Part shown: positions 34,901 to 45,468 of the stretch, in pieces
Numbering within the stretch: the first letter of the stretch is position 1
Layout: the number at the start of each line of letters is the position of its first letter
From: Lytechinus pictus
Lineage: Eukaryota
Reading direction: 5' to 3'
Length of the DNA stretch: 45,468 nt
NCBI RefSeq assembly: GCF_037042905.1
Contig: NC_087257.1
Location: 24,012,533-24,058,000, forward strand
Notes under the pieces: generated by a model
What the model saw: only the letters and a program-made list of their open reading frames with translations
Told to the model about the DNA's origin: nothing
The model's database searches: none
Made by a program: the position numbers and the translations under genes

Positions 34901-37900
34901 TCTTTCTCTTTCTGTTACCAAGGAGCTTGAAAGAGTTGGAATATGGAAGAACATCAAACGACTCGGAGGGGCAAGTGCGGGGGCAATGACTGCGGCCCTC
35001 ATGGCGATCGGATACAACTCTTATGAACTGAAAGAATTTCTGAGCATGAACCTCCAGGGATATTTCCTAGGTAAGAAATTGAAGACCAACAACAGACGAA
35101 GAATAGACAGAATGTGGCTAGTTTTTTTTGTGAGGACCCGTTTCATAAAAAAAGTCTTGTTTTAATATTAACAAATGCAAAATTACTATAACAAATTTAC
35201 TATCAGCCAGTCAGATTGAAAGATTTCAGTAGCTTTTAACTGTTATTGCAAATTTGTTATTACATATGTATAACAAGTTTTGTGAAATGGGCCCCCGCAG
35301 TTATTCAATCTACCTTGTATAACGAAAAACATCTACCTGTTACCGGTATCGTGGGAAAACTGAAACATGGTGAGATATTTTTTTAAAGAAGCGTAAATTC
35401 ATGAATGTCAATTTTTTTGTAATACAATCAATACAGATGCAAGGTGCGCCACGTGTAGTCTTCTTCCAAACCTCCTGAGGCATTTTGGGTGGCATCCTGC
35501 GCGTCGTCTCTTCGAGTGGTTCGGAGATAGACTAGAGGAGCAGACTGGTGATGCCGATGTAACCTTTAAACAGCTGTACGACCGATTGGGCAAAGAGCTG
35601 TGTATCGTGGTCACCAATCTGAATCACATGGATGCCGAGTATTGTCACGTGAAGACTACGCCAAATATGCCGATAAGGATCGCAGTGCGCATGTCTCTTG
35701 CAATCCCAGGTGAGGAAATATAAGAACCATAAAAGTGATATGAATTAAAATGTCAAAATTGTACTGAAAGTATTTCTATCTTGCCAAGTCATTTAATAAG
35801 CATAATTATTGTCGACTTATTAACTTTTTATGACGACTTCAAGAAAGTTTGATCTACTTGTCGTCATGGTGACATAAGTTGACTTGAAAATAAGTTAAAC
35901 GTCGTCATGGTGACGTTAAGTATCTTGCATAATCGACATTAAAAAGTTATATGTTATCATGGAGATATAAGGTATATTACCATCACTTCTTCTAAAAATT
36001 ACAAGTCGCCATGGTAACATAATATAACTTGCTATGTCTACTTCTAAAAAGCTACCTGTCACGAAACACAGTATCTCATTCAGTCGAATTGGTAGGTTAT
36101 GTTTCTATTCACTTGTGAATCATGGCACTGACACCCTTTTCTTCAAATTGTATCTATTTAGGTTTGTTTGGTGCAGTGAGGTGTGAAAAACAAGGGAGTC
36201 ATGATTACTATGTAGACGGGGGTGTCCTCTGCAACTATCCTTTACATTGCTATGACGGTAAGTTTTTAAAAATAATCACATACGAATACTGGGCTTTAAG
36301 AAAATCTTATTTAAACATCGAATTGGAGCATAACGACATCAACACAGTTTATTTATCATAAACATGATATTTGATTAAGATCTGAGATATAACGATGAAT
36401 ACTTACATTTTTCAAAAAACTGAAACGGCCGTTAAGCGAGAAAATAAGCAACCCTAAATGAATAAAGAAGTCAATAGTAAATTTCCATATCCCATTCCAA
36501 ATGAAGAACATGCACAACGATGGTCATTTTGTTTCTTAAACGAAAAGAAGATTCCCAACTTTCGATGTCAACTTGCCGGTCAAAGAGTGCAATGCACCTT
36601 AACAATATAACTTAGAGAAGTTTGAATTATTTTGGATTGACAAATTTTGATTTTCGATAACAACTATAATTACAAAATTGTGTTCTCAAAGGTTGGTGGC
36701 TTTCGATGAAACCTCAAGACAGTATGCTGAGAAGACTTCAGCCACTTGAAGACATCGGTAAACTATGGGACAAGAAGGAACGATTTGGAACCATTAACCC
36801 GAAAACAATCGGACTCTACCTCGTAAGTATCTTTCGATGTATCTACCGATATTTATAGGAGAAATGGGACAGAATTACAGAAAGGATTTTGTCTCAGAGA
36901 TAGGACTCTTAAGCTTGCCGTGCATAAATGCAATTTAACATCAATATCCATTTAGAACTGACCGGGGCTTGATTGGTTTATCGGCACCGGCACCTCTTGA
37001 ACGGGAGGTCATGGGTTCCAAGTTGCTCCTTTTTGCCTTTTCCCAGCGGCGGTTGGCACATGATACAGTTCCTAGCGAAAGAACAGTCTCATCATTATCA
37101 ACGTGGCTACAAAAATAAATAAAAAGATATTAGACATTAATTACTTAAAAACTAAATGTCCTCTTGCTCCAACAGAGAAGCAGTGGCGTAGCTACGGGGG
37201 GCCTGGGGGGCACGTGCCCCCCTGAGATTTGGTGTGCCCCCCCCCCCCCCAGGTGCCCCCCTGAAAAAAATTGGCAGAGCAAAAAAAAGAAAAAAGGGAG
37301 AAAGAAGAAAAGAAAAAAGGAAAAGAAGAAAGACAGAAGAAAAAAAGAGAGGAAAATAAGAGGAGGGAGACGAGTGAGTGAAATAATGTGAAGGGAATAC
37401 TTGCAAAAAAAAAACAAATCTTTCTATATAAAACTTTTGCTTGCGTTTCGCGCCAGAATTGCCTGTTCGATGAGATTCATATCTTGCTCAATAGGCTGAT
37501 ATGGAGCAAGTTTTGAAGTCAATATACAAAATATATTTTAGCTCGGACATCGAGCTTTCATCAATTTTTTTTCATTAACAAATTTTAGTGCTCTAGCTGT
37601 AAAATGTCCCTTTTATAGTCTACATATCAGCATTTTTAAGCTCACGCTGCGTGGTCGCACTTTTTATAAGGCTCATGAGATTATTTCATGTTTATGATGT
37701 TTTATAAGAATAAAACTAAGAAGTGACTGATCGGGGGAAATGTAGGTGAAGATAATTTCGGGCCCCGTCCCCTATTGGCGAAAGTCGGATCCGCCCTTGT
37801 GACACATACACAACGGAAAAATGGTGCCCCCCTGAAAAAGCAAGGACCCCCCAGTGCCCCCCAGGACAAAAATCCTAGCTACGCCACTGCAGAGAAGGGA

Positions 37901-40900
37901 GAGGAAGTGGCGGATATGGCAGTATGCCTACAGGCGAATGCTATATTCTTCGGGTCTTAATGGCGAATCAAATTTTGAAGTTTATTCGATTATCATCAAG
38001 AAAGAGAGGTGCCGTACGTGGCCGAGTGGTCTAAGGAGCCTGGCTACACATGGACGGGGTTCGATCCCCGGCCGAGGCACCTATGCCCGTGAGCAAGGCA
38101 TATAATCGGCAATGCTCTTTTAATCTGCATTTAAATAAATGGAAATGGTACATGCATTATTGGTAAGGTGTGCATTTGCTGTTAGAAAAGTATAAGGGGT
38201 TTACTCATAATTGCACAAAGAAAATATCATAGTTTCAGATTGGGCCTATAGGCCTACAAAGCGTATACTTCATCGTTTTTATCCTAAAATTATACATACA
38301 TGTATGTAAATATAAACTTTGAACTTTTTTATTATCAAATTACATATCGTTCCAGTACAGCAGCGATGAACAGGATGTTATGGTTTCAAAGCTACAAAGG
38401 AGGAAAATGCACAATGTAAAACGACCTGACACAAAACTTTCCAAGTAAGAATATATATTTGAATGTCCACTATAATTTTCTTTCATGAGGGGCAGAAATA
38501 TTCGTGTTGTAAATATTGCATGTTATCATTATTCGAAAATTTTATGACATGTGTCATCAATTCGTTTGTTATAACGAAGTATTGATCAGTGAAATAAGCT
38601 TCTAGGATTTAAAGATAAAAAAAAAAAAAAAATTTAATATCAGATTAAGGGAAAAAGAATCGTAATCGATGAAAATGATTTATTAACGGAAATTGCAATG
38701 AATTATTCTTCAGTTTTGTAGGCTGACATTGCGGTAATAAAAAAGAACAGATCCGATATAATGACAGAAACTTTTTTTGCCAATTTGGAATATTAAACAG
38801 ATTCGCTTATATAAATATTCAAATCCCCCTCTTTTTTTTTTTCTTCTGGAAAAGGAAGAGGGAAGGAATCAGAGAGGTGAAAGACGCGGCCGTGCGCGAG
38901 CACGCTATCATTACCCAGGCGTTGTCGAGTTTTCTTAGACTCCTTGCCGAAAGCGACGTCGACGAGAGCGGCTCGATCACGAGAAAAGAACTCCAGCAGG
39001 CATTTTCCAAGAAGGTGGATTACTTTACGGACGGGCACCGTCGAACTCTTTTCGGGGACAACTGCCAAGTCGATGATATTTTCGACTATTTGAACCACGA
39101 AAAGGATGATGAGGTAAAGGACATGACGAGAACTACTAGCGTACTTATCATTACCATTATTATTTTATTTTGCACAATCCAAGAAAAAATACCAGCAATA
39201 GGATAAAGGGAGTCACATTGATGCCGGGAAAGGAAAAAGGGTGAAGTAACTATTAAGTATTGAATATTTACCCGAAGGTTTTCCAGGCCATGCGGTATTC
39301 GCAGGGTCTTTAATGAAACATTGTAGGTTTCAGAATCATAATTCGAATCCATTTGATTTCAGAATCATAAGTCTGGATGCCAAAAAAGTTGAAATAAAAT
39401 GTTTAAAAATACGGGAGTAATGGAAAACAGTAGGGAAAACGTTCCCCGTGAGTGGGGTTAAATTTTTTTAATGTGCAAATGTGCGCCCCGCCCCCTTTTG
39501 GGAAATAGCCATCCATACATCCGGCATTTGTTTAACCGTACTTGATAGTCTATCATCATCTCCTTTTAACGATTTCTCTTTCCTCACCAGATAACCTACC
39601 AGGAATTACAAGACTTCGCTGAGAAACGGGGCGTGGCCATCCAATCCAGTTTCGAGGGATACGGGAGAAAAGAGATCAAGTCATTTGGTCAGTTCCTCGG
39701 AGCTCTTTCCGACACCCTACTCGTTAATGTCAAAAGAATTTTTACCACGGTAAGTTCATTACAATGAATATACTGTATTTATTTATTAAACAATCTTTAT
39801 ACAGGATAAATATGTTCAGATAACATATACACTGTTTTTCAACATGGTCCTGTAGACATAGTAAATATCTAACAATGTACAGAAAAATGCATTAAACAAT
39901 CTAAATCCCTATATTTTTATTGTAGGATTTCAATGTGTTCTACCCCATTTTGCCAATTTTGTGCTAAGATGCGATCTATTAGAATCAATTTCGATACTGA
40001 CCAATTCGCACAGCTTTCAAACGTCAGAAATTTATTATATCATAACTTTCTCATTTACATCGGAATTTGATGTTTTTTTTTGTTTGATCTTTATCTTTCC
40101 ATTCAAACAATTAACCCGTTGACTACTGAATTGATAAGCTTTGTACAGGTCGCGCTTGGTTCCTAAGAGGCAATGGGTTAACTTTTGTAACAGCAGTAAT
40201 CTCTTTATGACACACTAATGTTTGTATATACTATCTATTATTTAAATATTCACAGGACGAGGACATCGGCCGAACGATTGGTATCGATACCGTCTATGTT
40301 GGTACCACTGATTTTGAACTGGAAGAGGGCGACATACAATTTTTGTTTGAGGTATTTTCATTTCTATGTTTATTTTTGGGACGAGACATTAAAATGAATT
40401 GCACACATGTACACTATTTCCTTCAGCTCTGATTGACGGAGGAGCACTGGGGCCGTTTCATGGAAGTTGCCAGCACTGCATGACGAGCTGCATTATCTGA
40501 CAGTTACCATAGTAACAGTCAGACAGCTGTGTTTCTCAGTCAAACAGATCCAAGGAAAGTTGTAAGATCCGACAACTTGCAGGATGAAAAAAGTGGACAT
40601 ATTAATGTTGATAAAGAGTCCCCGATATGGATAAATCTGATGTTGTATAAAATGTTTTATACAACAGAAAATAAAAGTTAGACACCTGGGGCCCGTTTCT
40701 CAACACCTGGACAAGTTAGTCATATCTTTATATTAAAAAAGTGGACATATTAATGTTGATAAAGAGTCCCCGATATGGATAAATCTGATGTTGTATAAAA
40801 TGTTTTATACAACAGAAAATAAAAGTTAGACACATGGGGCCCGTTTCTCAACACCTGGACAAGTTAGTCATATCTTTATCCACCGAGCACGGAGTTAGTT

Positions 40901-42765
40901 CCATTCTTACTAAACCTGTTTCACGAACTAGGCTTCCTAACTAGAATACCTTGATATCGATACCATCGGTAAAAAGAGCAGACGAGACGTAGCCTTAGTC
41001 ACAAAATTGCAAATATTGTGATGAATTGGGATATACTTTTTTTTTAAATAATAGCACAGGTAAATTATGCATCATGCATACTTAGACCATGAAGATTGGA
41101 GCATTCAATTGCTGAGAAAATTGAATTATGAATAATTTATTTTATGACAAAAAAATCACATGTGGACGTTGAGATGGGTACCCCTTGGATATCCAATTTT
41201 AATAGTTTACGAAAGTAAACCATAACGGTTTTCTTTGTAAAATGATGATAATTATACGGTCTTTTACGAATCCAAACATCATCGAAATATAGTTTAACAA
41301 TTTTTTTAAAATCTTTGATACCGAAACTTACGATTTGACAAATTCTATGCATAAATTAGAGATAGAATTTATCCAAATGTTAATAGGGGGCTGAAAACGA
41401 CAAATACGAGTCAAGTTATGGATGGCCTGACGTGGTAGAATCTTTATCGATTAAATTATTTTACTATTTCAAAATGAATGGTTTTGTGGCGTTTTACCAA
41501 CAGTTTTTATAGTTTCTTTGTATTATAATGATCATTGAAAGCATTATCCCACTTGTTTTGGGATGTAATTTCAACCTGTATTATTGATTACGTAAGATTA
41601 TAATTTTCAAATTTCTAGGCACTTTTGCATGTCATAGTCTACCCACGTGATGCCACTACGTCATTAAGAAGTTATGACAGGTTCGGAGGTGTCATAAATA
41701 TTTAGTGAGGTTGTTGTACCCGATCTTGGTAAAGAGGGCTTCGTGAAACGGTTAGCGGACAAGTAGCTCACTATCTCCGATTTAGTCAAGAAGTTAGACT
41801 TATGACGGTGTTGAGAAACGGGCCCCTGCGTTTCTCTGACAACTTGCCGAATGATAAATGTCCCAATTGGAGGATGAAAAAAGGGGACAAATTTTCCCAA
41901 TGTTCTCCTGGTCTCTGGCGGTTAAACTGATATTGTTGACAAGCTCAGATTTTGGGGAATCTCAACAAATTATTCCTTGTTCTCTCAACAAAATAGTCCT
42001 TGGCCTTCTTGATATTGCTTTAAACAGAATAGGGGAGATATATATATCATATTATTGATATGAATATACTTTTTATAACTACAGCAAGGAGAGCGAGCAG
42101 TTCGATCTTACCTCCGCCATCATGTGAGACTCCACGACCCACCTCTGAAGAAAGAACTGCGAGGCGGAAGTACAACAGAGAGCACATTACCCTATAGAGA
42201 ACCCAAGCAACAGTTTCACGCAGATCCAGAGCGAGCAAGGGACTCCAAACAAGGGTCTGCCGTTCTTTCCCGCACTAACTTACACGCGCATAACCTAAGC
42301 GTGAATGCAACATCGCAAGATACATTGGATAGGTCGGGCCCGTTGCCGAGTCGCCTGGACAGTGGACCGCCGATACTTATCTCGGAACCGATGGAAGAAG
42401 TGCCTCGTAGCCGCACCCGGTTGCCGCCACTCGAAGGCACTAGTCACAGAAGTCCCTCACCAACAAGGTTCGATGTTATCCCCATGGGCTCTCGCAGTTC
42501 GCTTCGTCTTGGGAACTCTCCGAGTTCATCTCCAAAGTTGCTTCATGGTGACAACTGCCCGAGTACATCTCCAAGGAGTATGTCTCCGGGCTTGTTTCAT
42601 GGCGGGAACACTCCGACGAGATCTCCGAGATTGATTCATGATGGATATTCTCCAAATACATCTCCTCGATCAAGGTCTGACGGGGAAAAGCTTGTACGTG
42701 CGAAGAGAGGGAAAAGGTCAGCAAAGGACTTGTCAAACAGTGCATTTGATCAGAACGATTCTTGA
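31992..42765 (+). CDS. Patatin-like phospholipase with internal EF-hand pair, copy B, complete, ~792 aa
   Basis: Exons 31992-32438, 34923-35070, 35437-35709, 36162-36257, 36692-36822, 38356-38444, 38855-39113, 39591-39749, 40256-40351, 42085-42765 total 2379 nt, all GT-AG with matching phases. Patatin motifs EGGGNKG (oxyanion loop), GASAG (nucleophile Ser), VDGG (catalytic Asp). N-terminus MGSKGS. EF loops DVDESGSITRKE and degenerate NHEKDDEITYQE. Confidence 0.9.
33896..34485. mobile_element. Non-autonomous Kolobok-type element (right-end partial copy at ~27955-28153)
   Basis: TTAA-AGGACAAGTCCA...TGGACTTGACCT-TTAA with long subterminal inverted repeats (AAAATTCATCAAAATCGGATGTAAAATAAG and its complement). 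Confidence 0.8.
34491..34886. repeat. (CAT/CAC)n microsatellite spanning assembly gap 34558-34778
   Basis: Visible directly; intronic, just upstream of the exon 2 acceptor. Confidence 0.95.
37181..37889. mobile_element. Same hAT-type element in copy B, intact TIRs, internal deletion
   Basis: TIR CAGTGGCGTAGCTA/TAGCTACGCCACTG; TSD CAGAGAAG at 37173-37180 and 37890-37897; lacks ~660 bp equivalent to 2939-3598. Confidence 0.9.
40689..41825. mobile_element. PIF/Harbinger-like non-autonomous element, copy B only
   Basis: TIR GGGCCCGTTTCTCAACACC/GGTGTTGAGAAACGGGCCC with 3-bp TSD CTG. Empty site ACAC-CTG-CGTTT at ~6910. The left junction is tandemly duplicated (second left TIR at 40837). Confidence 0.8.
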
Positions 42766-45468
42766 GAAAGGGCATTATTATGATTTTTCTTTTAATACAG
42801 AACAAAAAACTCTATTTTAATGCAGGTTCTGAGCGTCTTTCAATCAAATCAGATCAACCGATCATGGCTGTTGAGTTTCGATTTGGTGTTAACTTTAGTT
42901 TTGTCAGAGTAGGAAATTTGATTTTGATTTTCGCAAGAGTGGGGGACATCACATTATGCAAAATAGCGCTTATATATATCTGTCTAAGTGTGGAAATTTT
43001 TTTTTTGTATTTTCCCTGCAAATGCACTAATAAATGTAATTCAAAAGACACACAGTCTCTTAGATTTCAAATCTAACAAAAGTGAATTTGGTCTTTTTTG
43101 GAAATATTTATATGTATCCTCCCCCCCCCCCCCATTGACTAAACTCTGGCTAGTTATCAGGCAAAAGGCTACATTTAGATGCACATTTGAATACAGAAAC
43201 CTACATGTGTTGTAGTATGTTAGTTATTTACTTATAGTACAATTTGTTTCAATTATTGATTATGCATTTCTTATTTTTTGCACATAGGAAAACTATATGT
43301 AAGTCATCAATTTATTTGCCTAATTGCCTTCCACATTTATTTTTGCAATAAAAGTGAATTACGCAATTGCAATGATGGAAAATTCATCATTATGTTAGTT
43401 GTTTAACAATTAGAAACATTTGGAATTTATTTCATAGTTTTACTTTATAGCTGCACATGTTAGCCAACTAGGTATAGGCAAATGAACTGGTGCTTGACAA
43501 GAAACTTACCACTGTAATAAAGAAGAAATACTGGAGCAAAGTGTTAAGTTAACCAACCAATCAAATATATTTATTAATTTTTGCACATCATCATGTGCTA
43601 ATTATTGCTTTACATAACTACAAATGTGATCACATTTTCACTGTTGGCATTGATAAGAAATACTTTGACATAACATCAAGTCAGTGTGACATTTCAAAAG
43701 TGGAATGTGTTAACTCGTTAAGTCCAATTCACTATTTGGAAGGAATGATATTTTGTGACTCCATAAACTTTTAACCCTGAAGAGACAAAATATCCTTTTT
43801 TTTCTGAAAAAAGAAAGAAATTACAATAGCAGACCTCCTACCCCTTCATAACACAGAAATTTAGATAATTTTGCTCCAAAGATAACCTTACCAAAGATAT
43901 AGATATAAGTGAAGTGAACTAAGAAAATCAGTACTTATTTTGAGATAATAATACAAATATGGTATCTTCATCACTTTGGCAGTAATTTTTTTTATACATA
44001 CAAAAAATAGATTTCTCAAACAATACAATTGTTCCTAAAATGTTTAACGAATTTTTATAAAGAAGTACCGGTATTTTGGATGAGAAAATTGCTCACAATG
44101 TACATGTAATGCATTGTAAATCAATATGGGAAGAATTTTCCCCCACAAAATAAATAAAACAAAAGGGTATAAAAATGGGTAAGATTCACTTGGTCTACAA
44201 GTACTTCGTCTAATTCTGAGACACTCTTATACTACATGGGCCAAACCCAATTAGTCGGCTAAACCCAGTGGCCCGTATTCTGAACTCGGGTTTAAATTAA
44301 ACACTGGTTTAAAGTTGTAGTTTAACTATGGAAAGCCAGTTGTTACATATATTTCTAACAGTAGAGGTTCAATCAGCTCATTTGACTCCCAAAACATTAA
44401 CTACCTGGGAAGGATAAGTATGACAGTCTTCACCATTAAAGAATTAGTAAAGACCACAGTAAACATAAGAAGCAATCACTGTAAACAAAATTTTGAAACG
44501 TCTGGCTTCTCATAATTTTAGCACAGAGTTAGACATGGTCTAAGTTAAACCCGACTTAAGAATACGGGCCAATTAGTCCAATACCCACTTAGTCAATTTG
44601 TCTACATATTATTTACCGCTTTAAAAAATTAAGATTGGGTACCTTAACAGTTCATTTAATCAGAGAGACAAAGTAGTTGTACACCAACACCAAGTGGCAA
44701 TTTACCCCAAAATGTACCAAAAATGAAAAAAATATTTATGTTACTGGCATGTGGTCAGAACAAGGATTAGAGGAAAGCCCTTCTCAACTAATGCATATGC
44801 CTGTAAAATATGAAGTCATTAACTTGATCTGTGCACCTTTTAAAGATGGGTTAACGTGGTGACATTTGTAATTCAGTGAGTGTTGCTTCCTCTTTGTGTA
44901 TCTTGTTTTTAATTCTATCATATTCAATAACTGTGATTTTCTTCATTCTTCTGTGAATATTTTATTCTTAACTTTTATATACTTTCAATACCATTATATT
45001 GTGGCTGGTTATGAGGTGGAACTAAATTTTATCAAAAATTCTCGGTGGATTTTGACAAATACAAATATTTTTGTAAGATGTACAAAATAATGACAATCAC
45101 TTAACATTGTAATTTTCCCCCTATCTTTGCCAATAGATGGGGAAAAACCCAACATTTAGCTCTAGTTAACAAGGAAGAAGTATTGAAATACAATCCCTTT
45201 CAGCTATCATTAAAACATTTCACTTAAATCTGTATCAGTGCATACAAAGGCTTGTGAATGGTACTTCAAAGGCTCAGGGAAAATTTTGCCGTGTTTTGGA
45301 TTAATTTTATATTAACTTTAAACAAATGATATTTGTGAATTTCCACTGTCATGTTAACGATACAATATTGCTACCATATGTACACAGGCTAAGTGTATTC
45401 CTGATAATTCATTTATTAACATTAAACATACATTCTTACCATTTGATATAATATTGATGCAAATAAAT

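Larger units (their letters stand above)
34890..45468 (+). repeat. Segmental duplication, copy B (direct orientation, offset ~34.8 kb)
   Basis: Same sequence as 1-10680 apart from substitutions and transposon indels. Confidence 0.95.

Noticed and set aside
34434-34922. Poly-His ORF apparently fused to patatin exon 2
   Set aside because: It is an intronic (CAT/CAC)n microsatellite plus N gap; the true acceptor is at 34921-34922 and exon 1 splices in phase.
31992-42765. Bacterial contamination or a CBASS-like operon suggested by the patatin
   Set aside because: Nine spliceosomal introns filled with animal TEs, and no cyclase or operon structure.

Overview
AT-rich, intron-containing animal genomic DNA from a draft scaffold with four N gaps. 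The repeat families look like an invertebrate deuterostome, probably a sea urchin (inference). Four genes were reconstructed by hand from GT-AG sites and frame continuity. (1) A 10-exon, ~792-aa patatin-like phospholipase with an N-myristoylation motif, an EF-hand pair inserted in the patatin region and an SP-rich tail. It is complete at 31992-42765; a near-identical copy at 28-7861 lacks exon 1 in the window and has a premature stop. (2) The 3' end of PDIA4/ERp72 (minus strand), cut in mid-exon at ~13440. (3) A three-exon fibrinogen-related domain gene. (4) A 222-aa secreted precursor with a furin site and a neurotrophin/Spaetzle-like mature domain that lacks the C3-C6 cysteine pair. Positions 1-10680 are repeated at ~34890-45468, probably a ~35-kb tandem duplication, although an uncollapsed haplotype cannot be excluded. 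Comparing the copies reveals presence/absence transposon insertions (one with a Penelope-type hammerhead motif), a candidate 12-nt microexon and an excess of amino-acid changes in the last exon. Many MITEs and SINEs fill the introns and intergenic DNA. All family calls come from motif recognition, not database searches.
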